Shown one piece after another: positions 53,032 to 64,000 of a stretch of 64,000 nucleotides of DNA (position 1 is the stretch's first letter; each line of letters opens with the position of its first letter). Location of the stretch: the NCBI GenBank assembly GCA_002269645.1, contig NIVC01003858.1, forward strand, positions 9,509 through 73,508, in the 5' to 3' direction. The stretch is from Macrostomum lignano (taxonomy: Eukaryota). The notes under the pieces are model-generated. The model made no database searches. It was not told the DNA's origin and saw only the letters and a program-made list of their open reading frames with translations. The translations under genes and the position numbers were made by a program.

Positions 53032-54849
53032 TATACCTATTGTTGTTGCTATCTAAACAAGATCAGCTCACAGTATTCAGCATAGCGTGTTCACCTGAGC
53101 GCCAAAACTGCACGCACTCATACACACACTCACACAGGGTGTACAGCGGCCCTTTAGCATGTACACTCTGTAACGGGGTTGGGCCTCTTCATGGCTTGTG
53201 AAATTTTGAGTACACAAGCCCCAAATTAGTGTGTTTACGCACAGAATCGAACCTGCTGGGGTCGTGACGAAAGAGTCAGAATGGTTTTGCCGCCGAACTG
53301 CGCTGCCATTATATATTAAAAAACCTCATCAGAGAGAGACCGAAGTTTAGTCGAAATCACACAGATAATTAGCTCGTAGTTACATCTCTCAAAGTCACGG
53401 TTAAGCAAAAAAAGACAATAGAAATGGAGAAAAAAACTATCAAAGCAGGAATTTAGCATACTTTCTAAGCAACTCACATGCAATCATTAGAAGTTCATCA
53501 TCAACACTAGTACTGAAGCACTTGTGTCAAAACACTTCGGTATCATCAACCTAGATAGAAACAAAATTATTTTGAAATAAATCAAACAGAAAAAACAGAT
53601 TCAAATTAAATTAAACAAAAAACACCAACAACGATGTTGTAAGAAAATTTTTCTATTTCGAATTTATTGGAAATTGAAAAATTACAATATCTCATATGCA
53701 GATACTACTCGTATCATAGTAGTAGTGCAAATTATTTCATTTGAAATAAAAAACTATAAAAATATTCTTTATTGTTTGCCAAAATATACAAATGTGTGCG
53801 TATATAATACTATTAGTAATGATATATACTGAATTTTAAGTACAATGGAATACGAAACTTTAAACCAAAAGCCTGATTAAGAATGCATGCATACACGATA
53901 ATTAATAATTAAAAATATTCTTCGGCACACTAATAATTGATTTATGTAAGTCACATTCCAGAAAGTAATGAGTACTACTAATAGTAATGCTGCAGATAAT
54001 AAACACAATTTGAAATAATTACATATTCTGATTTTACTGAATATAACTGACCAGAATTTTTCTGAGAAAATGAGGAATCAGTAGTGCGGCTATTTGAGCA
54101 AAATATGAATTTAAAACAAAACATGTTCACTCTAGAAAGGTTTCGAAATTGAGATCATTAACAAAATAAGTAGTATAAAAATTGTTTTATTTTATTAGGA
54201 AAGACACAATCAATTAACACATACAGAAGTGAATTTTTGTCTAATACAAATATACATCGAATACTATGTACTGATTACTAATAGTAAGATGTCAGGTAAT
54301 TTCCGATATTATGGACTATTCCATAGCTTGTAAAGATTTCTACCACCCACTTTTTTACTTTTATACTACTAAGAAGGCAATTTATTTATTATGGTTGTAC
54401 ATAATGAAGACCTAGTTAAGTTTCTTTCTATCGTCTAGTCTGTGACAGTGCAGCTTAGAGTGACGAGCTGTCTATTTGATTGACACTTTCTATCAAATTG
54501 ATTAGCTTTATTGTTTAAGGCCGAATGCAGACTGTTGGCAGCACATATACGAGAATAACTAGATGTGCCACTTAGCATATTTGCGTGTAAGCTACTTTCA
54601 ACTCAGTAGTAAGTTAAACAGAAGTATTTTAATGTATTTTTAAAGCCCAGGCTTATTCGTTACCACTTTCACCCCACTTACACTTTCAAAGTAGAACCTA
54701 TGGAACGAATTTGCATTGTGTCTATGGTACAATCTATCTAATCTTTCTTGAATAAGATTTTCAACTCTGGATAGCCCAATGAAAACGGTATCAAGGCCAA
54801 GAAGCGTTTCAAAGTCGTCGCAGTTCACAGGAAAAATCGAAAAGAGTGA

Positions 54850-55500
54850 CTCCAAACGACTCTGAAATCAGTCACCAAAGAGTCGCCTAAGAGCCAATTT
54901 TAAGCGTTTTAGTTTCTGCGACTCTGGGGTAACGAAAGGTGACTCTGGGGCCGTAGAGTCGTATATCTAGAGTCTGAGACTCGCATTATGCATTTTATGA
55001 CAGCTGTTTAGTCTACGCAAGTGAGTAGAAATTTAAGCTCTAACACAACGACTCTTAGACAAAATTTTCCCAACTCTTACGATTCTGTAACTCGCGCGAT
55101 GCGCTCTCGTGACAGAACAGTCACCTCTCCGTCGCGGGTGGGTTTCACAAACGCGAAATTTCACAACCGCTAAAAGCACTTGCTTTCGTAAACGCGAAAC
55201 TTCACAATTGCAAAACTTCACAACCGCTAAAAAGACTGCCGTATATGAAAGTAAGTGCAAAAATTTTAGCGGTTGTGAAGTTTCGCGGTTGTAAAAGTAG
55301 ATGGCATTTAGCGGCTGTGAAGTTTCGCGTTTATGAAAGGTGATTTAGCGGTTGTAAAATTTCGCGTATGTGAAAGCAACCCTCCGTCGCATTGCAGTCG
55401 TTTGATGTCGTTAAAAAGCCCATAGTCACTAGTTGAGTTGTTTGCAATGGATATTTAGCAATTCTTGTCAAGGTAACGTTTTCAACGGATGTTCGCTATT
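54850..55500 (-). mobile_element. GACTC-rich dispersed repeat copy, interrupted by a MITE
   Basis: The reverse complement matches the 820-1290 and 26720-27210 blocks on both sides of the insertion. Confidence 0.7.
55136..55382. mobile_element. 247-bp palindromic MITE with 8-bp TSD (tccgtcgc)
   Basis: TIR gggtgggtttcacaaacgcgaaatttcacaaccgctaaa versus the right end (revcomp gggttgctttcacatacgcgaaattttacaaccgctaaa); TSD at 55128-55135 and 55383-55390. Confidence 0.85.
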
Positions 55501-55512
55501 ATCTACATAAGA

Positions 55513-58500
55513 TTAATCTACATCGCCGGGTGACTGAGACTGGCCACTCTGATCAGTGTTACTAGCTGGCATCAGACTGTAGTACGATGGATCAGCCAAT
55601 AGCTGAGTAGCTGCGGTAACGCTTGGATTTGGAGAACTATCATCAATTGTGTCTAAGATGACAGTTGATGGTTGATCGACTGCACTGTCCGAGTTGATGG
55701 ACACAATTTCTGCGCAAATGTTAGTGCAAGGTGATGTTACAGTACGTTGGAATTAGTAAAGGCTAAAAATTTGATTACTATTTTTTATAAGTGGAACATT
55801 TTTATATTTCTATTGTAAGTAGAAAATCGAGGAACTGTTAAGTATAATAATTATAACTCGTACATTTGTATCTCTACATTAATCGCAAACACCATAATTT
55901 TTTTCGCAAATTTTGCAATTCCAACGTCCTTAGATATGCTAGTAGAGTAAATACAACTGTTATAAAATGTGTAATAATGTTTTCTGCAAAGAATTTGCAA
56001 GACTTCACATTGAAAAGTTCCATTATCTATAATAATTTATAGGGGGCCATAGACAGTGCTAGCTACTACTTAAACTTCTCTAACTATATTACTACATCTA
56101 ACTACACTATTACTATACAAATGTGCTGAAAATACTACTAGCTAATTAACTACTCACCAGCCGAGTCGCAAACAGAGTCCACTTTAACAAGATCTGAACT
56201 GTCATTCGAAGAATCTGGCCGACGATTGGAATTCTCCGAACCTGCGGAAGCAGTGGCGACGGGGGCGGCGGCGGCGGCGGCAGGAGCTGACTGATCAGCC
56301 GAGGTGAGAGTGGCGGCTGAGCTGGCAGACTGCTGCACAATACGATCGACTTCTGTTAACGAATGAAAGACAAAAATTCAACTCTAAATGTGCATTCAAG
56401 ATTCGAGATGAAAACGGTTACTGATAAAAAATGAGCTGATGACCAACAGCGTTTTATTGGAGAAATGTATGAAACTTTAGTACTCGTACAAGTAATATTG
56501 ATTATTTGCATCTATAAGATTGTTTTAAATACAGCTATGCATATTGAAATTTCATGGTAGTGCTTGACGATATCAAGTGTTGAAAACAGCCCAGCAACTG
56601 AGGATCTGGGAGGCTGTTGGCCCAGCAACTGAGGATCTGGGAGGCTGGCCTAGCAACTGAGGATCTGGGAGGCTGGCTCAGCAACTGAGGATCTGGGAGG
56701 CTGTTGGCCCAGCAACTGAGGATCTGGGAGGCTGGCTCAGCAACTGAGGATCTGGGAGGCTGTTGGCCCAGCAACTGAGGATCTGGGAGGCTGGCTCAGC
56801 AACTGAGGATCTGGGAGGCTGTTGGCCCAGCAACTGAGGATCTGGGAGGCTGGCTCAGCAACTGAGGATCTGGGAGGCTGTTGGCCCAGCAACTGAGGAT
56901 CTGGGAGGCTGGCTCAGCAACTGAGGATCTGGGAGGCTGTTGGCCCAGCAACTGAGGATCTGGGAGGCTGTTGGCCCAGCAACTGAGGATCTGGGAGGCT
57001 GTTGGCCCAGCAACTGAGGATCTGGGAGGCTGTTGGCCCAGCAACTGAGGATCTGGGAGGCTGTTGGCCCAGCAACTGAGGATCTGGGAGGCTGGCTCAG
57101 CAACTGAGGATCTGGGAGGCTGTTGGCCCAGCAACTGAGGATCTGGGAGGCTGGCTCAGCAACTGAGGATTTGGGAGGCTGGATGGCCCAGCAACTGAGG
57201 ATATGGGAGGCCGGCTCAGCAACTGAGGATTTGGGAGGCTGGATGGCCCAGCAACTGGGGATCTGAGAGGCTGGAGTTGTTAGAGCAACGGAGTGTGAGG
57301 GCACATTATAATTTTTAATTTAGTGCCATGCAATTTAGAATTTCACATCTAACCCCGTACAACATAGTAAAAGTATCTTGAAATAAAATGATTTAGATAA
57401 AGTCGCATTAGAAAGGTAAAAAGGTACACCGAAAAAATTTAGCAACCTTTCCAGTGCAGAACTCCAACAGTGAGATGAAAATCTTCTGGAAATAAAGATA
57501 GCAGATTCATACAGACGGATGGGGACCACAGATGAGATTTTAATAAAAATAGTTTGCATATTTTCAGTTTCTGTACGAACACAAGCTGCAGTCAAGTTCG
57601 AAGCTCTCTCATTGGCTGAGCTAGATTGGGCCTGCCCCTAAGTTTCGTTTGTCTGAATTTGACCTCTCTCCGTACTGCTCTCTCATTGGCTAAGCTAGAT
57701 TGGGCCTGCCCCTGGACTGAGTTTCGTTTGTCTGAATTTGACTTCTCTCCGTACTGCTCTCTGATTGGCTGAGCTAGATTGGGCCTGAGTTTTGTCAGTC
57801 TTGTTTTCATTTGTTGTTCAAATGCTTGTTGTTCATTCTTAACCTCCTATGCTCCTGAGGCCGCGAGCTCCCAAAAAGGAAGATTAATTATAGCCATCAC
57901 AAATAATTTAAGTGACACAGCGCAGACAAAACTACTAAAACAAGAGTAGACGCTTTACTTTTTAAACAATAATCCATCGAAATAAATTTTTATATTTACC
58001 GGTGTAGCCGAATGCCTCGCTAGCTAATTCTGATTGACAGTCTGGCGATGGCGCCCTGTAGGCTACGGTGTCCTCGTCGAACTCCTGGGCCTCGATTTCG
58101 TAGGCATCATCGTTGACTGAGACTCGCTGCCTGAGAATACAAGTGAGCACAGGATCGCAGGTTAGATGTTTTTCTCCGGTGTGAAACACTTTTTGGTGAA
58201 ATGACGTCATTCTTAACTAATATTTGAGATACATCCTTATTTGAGATTCAATGCTAACAAAAATGACGTCATCATTTCTAATTTGGGATTCCATCCCATG
58301 CTAACAAAATGACGTCATTATTCCTAATTTGGGATGCCATACTAACAAAATGACGCCATTACTCCTAATTTGGGAATTTAGGCTAATGAAATGACGTCAT
58401 TATTCCTAATTTGGGATTCCATGCTAACGAAATGACGTCATTATTCCAAATTTGGGATTCCATGCTAACTTAACGACGTCATTATTCCTAATTTGGGATT

Positions 58501-61500
58501 CCATGCTAACGAAATGACGTCACTATTCCAAATTTGGGATTCCATGCTAACTTAACGACGTCATTTTACTCTATTGTATAATTTTCATGTCTGCAAACCA
58601 AATAAAGAAGGGTTGTTTTTTTAACTAAAATTCGATTTATAGAAGTCATTTTAAATTAATATATAGAAAAAATGAAAACTCACAGTGGTTCAGAGTCCTG
58701 TCTATGAAGCTGGGGTAGTCTAGGCCTAGTGACTCCATCACCGGCATGCACTGTAGCAGCAGCACCGCTACTAGCACTGGCAGCCAATTGTCTATTGTAC
58801 TGCTCCTGTAGCAAAGTGAGTTGCACCTGCAATTCCAGCACTATATTTTCGTACTGTTTAATCTCGTTCGCGTGTTCAGCATTGGCAGTTTGCCGAGCTG
58901 TAGTCGCAGCTTCGCGCTCTTCAATTAATCGCTTGTTTAGCTGCAAGAAATTCAAAATAGGCTCAGAGCTGCAAATCAATGCCAAATACTTATCTTAATT
59001 ATCATATAAAAAATGTGCTCTAAGCTGGTGTACTAGTAATAGATAACGTATAATCAGTTGGTCAGCTGGTCTGATCCACCGCTTTTTTGACTCTTCATCA
59101 CTCTTTGTCAGCTGGTCTTATCCACCGCTTTGTTGACTCTTCATCACTCTTTGTCAGCTGGTCTTATCCACAGCTTTGTTGACTCTTCATCACTCTTTGT
59201 CAGCTGGTCTTATCCACAGCTTTGTTGACTCTTCATCACTCTTTGTCAGCTGGTCTTATCCACCGCTTTGTTGACTCTTCATCACTCTTTGTCAGCTGGT
59301 CTTATCCACCGCTTTGTTGACTCTTCATCACTCTTTGTCAGCCGATCTTATCCACCGCTTTGTTGACTCTTCAACACTCTTTGTCAGCTGGTCTTATCCA
59401 CCGCTTTGTTAAGTCTTCATCACTCTTTGTCAGCTGGTCTTATCCACAGCTTTGTTGACTCTTCATCACTCTTTGTCAGCTGGTCTTATCCACAGCTTTG
59501 TTGACTCTTCATCACTCTTTGTCAGCCGATCTTATCCACCGCTTTGTTGACTCTTAATCACTCTTTGTCAGCTGGTCTTATCCACCGCTTTGTTGACTCT
59601 TCATCACTCTTTGTCAGCTGGTCTTATCCACCGCTTTGTTGAGTCTTCATCACTCTTTGTCAGCTGGTCTTATCCACCGCTTTGTTGAGTCTTTATCACT
59701 CTTTGTCATCAGCTTGTCGCAACCATCGGCATTTGAGTCTTCATCACTTTTTGTCAACGGGTCTTACCCTCCCTCCCGGTTTTTAGTGTATTTATCAGCA
59801 CTTACTATTTTTCACTGACCTATTATGGTTAGTTATGGAATATGGACAAATATAAGAGATTTGTGTGTATTTTTAAATACTCGTACTTTACTTGTTACTT
59901 ATTAGTAGGCGATGTTTCAAACTTACTGTCTGGTTTTTATCTACTGAACTCACCTCCTCTAGGTAGGATTTCTGTTCGGCAGTTCGCTTTAACTGCGCTT
60001 CAATACGGAGGTATCTGGCTCGCCAGTCGCAATGCGCACAGTCAGATAGAGGAGTCTCAGACTCTGCTGAAGCCCCGCCTCAGTCAGTGCTTCAGCCTCT
60101 GGCGAGCTGGCATCGGTGGCCAATTCAATCTGATCGTCTAGTTTAGCCTCGTCCAATACTAGCAGATGCATATGAGCTGCATAGTTAATTGGACAGGTGC
60201 GAGGATAGCAGAGCTCTTCTAATAGTTTCGGACAGCGAAGGTCAAAGCTGAGATCCAGAGCGTCTAAGCCAGCTAACTGGGAGACCAGAGCCACCGCATC
60301 TGGACAACGAAATACCGAGTCCTCAAAATAGTGCAGTCTGTAAGGATATGATAATATAACATTATAACCTTTGCATCTAGCTTCTAATCATATCTATATA
60401 ACTGCCTGCAATTCCAGGTAGATAAATACCTGTAGCAATCCCAGAGGTCGGAGTCTAGCTATGAATATTGAGCTTGACAACGAAGACAGACTGCCCTAAT
60501 ACCGTCAGTTATAATCTGCCTTCACTAGCATTCACAAGTGACACAATATGTCACATTGCCACTGTGCCAAGAGTGAAGGACAATTACAGGTAGATAAATA
60601 CCTGTAGCAATCCCAGAGGTCGGAGTCTAGCTATGAATATTGAGCTTGACAACGAAGACAGACTGCCCTAATACCGTCAGTTATAATCTGCCTTCACTAG
60701 CATTCACAAGTGACACAATATGTCACATTGCCACTGTGCCAAGAGTGAAGGACAATTACAGGTAGGTAAATACCTGTAGCAATCCCAGAGGTCGGAGTCT
60801 AGCTACGAATATTGAGCTCGACAACGAAGACAGACTGCATTGATACCGTCAGTTATAATCTGCCTTCACTAGCATTCACAAGTGACACAATAATGCCACT
60901 GTGCCAAGAGTGAAGGACAATTACAGGTAGGTAAATACCTGTAGCAATCCAGAGGTCGGAGTCTAGCTATGAATATTGAGCTTGACAACGAAGACAGACT
61001 GCCCTAATACCGTCAGTTATAATCTGCCTTCACTAGCATTCACAAGTGACACAATAATGCCACTGTGCCAAGAGTGAAGGACAATTACAGGTAGGTAAAT
61101 ACCTGTAGCAATCCAGAGGTCGGAGTCTAGCTATGAATATTGAGCTTGACAACGAAGACAGACTGCCCTAATACCGTCAGTTATAATCTACCTTCACTAG
61201 CATTCACAAGTGACACAATATGTCACATTGCCACTGTGCCAAGAGTGAAGGACAATTACAGGTAGATAAATACCTGTAGCAATCCCAGAGGTCGGAGTCT
61301 AGCTATGAATATTGAGCTTGACAACGAAGACAGACTGCATTGATACCGTCAGTTATAATCTGCCTTCACTAGCATTCACAAGTGACGCAATTGTATTAGC
61401 GAAGTCACTGTGCCAAGAGTGAAGGACAATTACAGGTAGGTAAATACCTGTAGCAATCCCAGAGGTCGAGTCTAGCTACGAATATTGAGCTCGACAACGA

Positions 61501-63158
61501 AGACAGACTGCATTGATACCGTCAGTTATAATCTGCCTTCAGTAGCATTCACAAGTGACACAATAATGCCACTGTGCCAAGAGTGAAGGACAATTACAGG
61601 TAGGTAAATACCTGTAGCAATCCAGAGGTCGGAGTCTAGCTATGAATATTGAGTTGACAACGAAGACAGACTGCCCTAATACCGTCAGTTATAATCTACC
61701 TTCACTAGCATTCACAAGTGACACAATAATGCCACTGTGCCAAGAGTGAAGGACAATTACAGGTAGGTAAATACCTGTAGCAATCCAGAGGTCGGAGTCT
61801 AGCTATGAATATTGAGCTTGACAACGAAGACAGACTGCCCTAATACCGTCAGTTATAATCTGCCTTCACTAGCATTCACAAGTGACACAATATGTCACAT
61901 TGCCACTGTGCCAAGAGTGAAGGACAATTACAGGTAGGTAAATACCTGTAGCAATCCCAGAGGTCGGAGTCTAGCTACGAATATTGAGCTCGACAACGAA
62001 GACAGACTGCATTGATACGTCAGTTATAATCTGCCTTCAGTAGCATTCACAAGTGACACAATAATGCCACTGTGCAAGAGTGAAGGACAATTACAGGTAG
62101 GTAAATACCTGTAGCAATCCCAGAGGTCGGAGTCTAGCTATGAATATTGAGCTTGACAACGAAGACAGACTGCCCTAATACCGTCAGTTATAATCTGCCT
62201 TCACTAGCATTCACAAGTGACACAATATGTCACATTGCACTGTGCCAAGAGTGAAGGACAATTACAGGTAGGTAAATACCTGTAGCAATCCAGAGGTCGG
62301 AGTCTAGCTACGAATATTGAGCTCGACAACGAGACAGACTGCATTGATACCGTCAGTTATAATCTGCCTTCACTAGCATTCACAAGTGACGGCGCAATTG
62401 TATTAGCGAAGTCACTGTGCCAAGAGTGAAGAACAATCCAAAATAGGATTAGGATTTAGGGCTGACTTAAACCACGAGTATATTAATGTGAATTATTTTG
62501 ATGAAAAACATAAAATCACAACTTACTCAAGGACGGATCGCTTGGCAGCAGGTGTCAAGCAGTTGATAAAGGCACTTATTCATCAAGGCTAATCTGATGG
62601 CACCGCGAAACTGCAATGGTAGCAACACACGGAGTTAAAAATATGCTACTAATAAAAAACACAAATTGAAGGCTTACCCTCCGATAAAGTGGTTCAGTTT
62701 GTCCAAACTTTCAATAGTTTGAAACAGATTTAAAGTGCCTTAGAAGTGCATCAGGACCGAAGTACAGTGTATGGATTTCTTTTATTGTCAATGCTACTAT
62801 AAATGAATATTATTAAGCAAGAACATTGTATAATTAAACTTAAACATACATAGACTAGCAGTAATACACAAAACTCACCCTTGAACTGAAAAAGAAGATT
62901 TGTCTCAATAATATTAAGAAGATTTTGCAGATCCAATGACGATTCTTCAACAACTTGAAAGCAGGCTCTGTCTAATATACTCTTCACACATAGACTGCAA
63001 TGAAAAATAGATCAAGTGTGAAGTCAGATTTTTGTCACATTTTTAAAAGTAATTAAAACAAAATCTTACCTGCAAACAGTGACTAAATTGTGTCTTGTAA
63101 TGGCAATTGCTTGAGATGCATGTCTAAGGCTTTGCTTTAGAGCCTGCTTGTCAGCCAT
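55513..63158 (-). CDS. RUNDC3: RUN-domain/coiled-coil protein, RUNDC3-like: complement(join(55513..55709,56158..56352,58000..58130,58684..58940,59954..60337,62527..62610,62678..62796,62879..62994,63070..63158)); apparent frameshifts in exons 3-5
   Basis: RHNLVTVC, VKSILD..EESS..IIE..FK, IESLDKL, RGAIRLALMNK, LAGLDALDLSF, QKSYLEE|L and ENIVLELQVQL follow RUNDC3A/B order. Splice phases are consistent for exons 1-2 and 5-9. Confidence 0.78.
56588..57285. repeat. 28/31-bp minisatellite (ggcccagcaactgaggatctgggaggctgtt), intronic
   Basis: Period 31 (56942, 56973) with 28-bp variants. Confidence 0.93.
57598..57950 (-). mobile_element. Second, inverted copy of the 80-bp-repeat element seen at 5170-5790
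   Basis: ctctctcattggctgagctagattgggcctgcc is the reverse complement of the unit; the flank is also shared. Confidence 0.75.
58170..58565. repeat. ~39-bp minisatellite with palindromic atgacgtcat core, intronic
   Basis: Unit aaatgacgtcattattcctaatttgggattccatgctaac. Confidence 0.85.
59060..59710. repeat. 46-bp minisatellite (cagctggtcttatccaccgctttgttgactcttcatcactctttgt), intronic
   Basis: Period 46 (59109, 59155, 59201). Confidence 0.93.
60415..62435. repeat. ~162-172-bp satellite, about 12 copies, hairpin-rich, in the RUN-gene intron
   Basis: caggtagataaatacctg at 60415 and 60587; several internal inverted repeats. Confidence 0.93.
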
Positions 63159-63228
63159 GCAATTATTATTTACATGAAATAGAGAGGTAGTTATATTAAA
63201 TATTGTTCGTTTGAAAGCTGTTTAGTTA

Positions 63229-63425
63229 GGGGATTGTAGCCTAGTGGTTAGTGTTAGACTCCCAACTTGAAGCTTGGGTTTTATTCCTAATTCCATTTGT
63301 TAAAAAACTTGTATACTTAAGCAAGGCATTCAACTCTGCATTGCTTCAGTTTACCAGCTATAAAATGGGTAAGCATTAGCTGGGGTAATTGAGGGTGTGT
63401 GGCGACCCCCCAGTCCAAAGACTGT
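63229..63425 (+). mobile_element. CORE-type SINE, second (more decayed) copy
   Basis: A-box-like tagcctagtggtta; aactctgcattgcttcagttt..gctataaaatgggt and the tail gctggggtaattgagggtgtgtggcgacccccc match 35500-35692. Confidence 0.7.
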
Positions 63426-63624
63426 ATGCATGGGATGCCAACCAGTTTAAACAGTAATGAAAAAACTGGTTGTTGGCTATCTGTTTTGTCTGGTTTGACA
63501 GTTTTTAAATTCAATTAGGTGACAATTATTTGTTCAATTAGTACTTTTTATATGAAAACAATAGTACTATATCAAATAATATTTTAAAAATCCAACTAAC
63601 TGACAAAAATGCATTAACTATAGG

Positions 63625-63830
63625 CAGAGAGGCAGACTTAAGGGGGCAGAGAGGTAGACTCAAAGGGCAAAGAAGCAGACTCAAGGGGGCAGAGGCAGAC
63701 TCAATAAGGGGACAGAGAGGTAGACTCAAAGGGCAAAGAGCAGACTCAAGGGCAGAGGAAGACTCAGACTCAAGGGAGCAGAGGAAGACTCAATAAGGGG
63801 ACAGAATGGTAGACTCAAAGGGAGACTTAA
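63625..63830. repeat. Degenerate ~20-bp repeat (agactcaaagggcagagg)
   Basis: Direct reading. Confidence 0.75.
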
Positions 63831-64000
63831 GGTGGTAGAGAGATGTAATATAAATAACAGGTTTCTATAAAAACCTTTCAATAAGCTCATCTAAGATTTT
63901 TTCAGCAACAAATATTGTTTAAAAAAGGCACATTTTTGATAGTATGTAAATTCTATGCTAATTTTTATTCTTTTAAAAAACATATAATGTATAAAAAGAC

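Noticed and set aside
54640-54855. 71-aa protein-looking minus-strand ORF
   Set aside because: No convincing splice sites or family motif; it lies beyond the RUN-gene stop and starts within a dispersed repeat.
56588-57285. CTGAGGA in each unit as a hammerhead core
   Set aside because: There is no GAAA half or stem II, so this is a chance match.

Overview
This is repeat-dense metazoan genomic DNA with spliced genes and no prokaryotic operons or CRISPR. GC-rich exons with minisatellite-filled introns resemble a flatworm such as Macrostomum, but that is an inference. Genes rebuilt by hand from splice sites and phases: the 3' part of a RanBP2/Nup358 gene (+); an uncharacterised single-pass membrane protein (-) with a GC-AG intron; two tandem M-Ras paralogs (+), the second lacking its last splice acceptor and carrying a Gypsy pol fragment; a complete ANKUB1 (+); a divergent 7TM GPCR (+); and a RUNDC3-like RUN/coiled-coil gene (-) with several apparent 1-bp frameshifts. 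Mobile DNA: a 2.48-kb tandem duplication ending in Penelope-type minimal hammerhead ribozyme motifs with an inverted terminal copy; a head-to-tail Helitron-like dimer carrying two minisatellites and a tRNA-like fragment; a core-deleted Ginger-like integrase element; a deleted Tc1 element with perfect TIRs; a 247-bp palindromic MITE with an 8-bp TSD whose empty site is also in the window; two CORE-type SINE copies; and several unclassified dispersed repeats. Nearly every large intron holds its own distinct tandem repeat. Most long ORFs in the supplied track are artefacts of these repeats.
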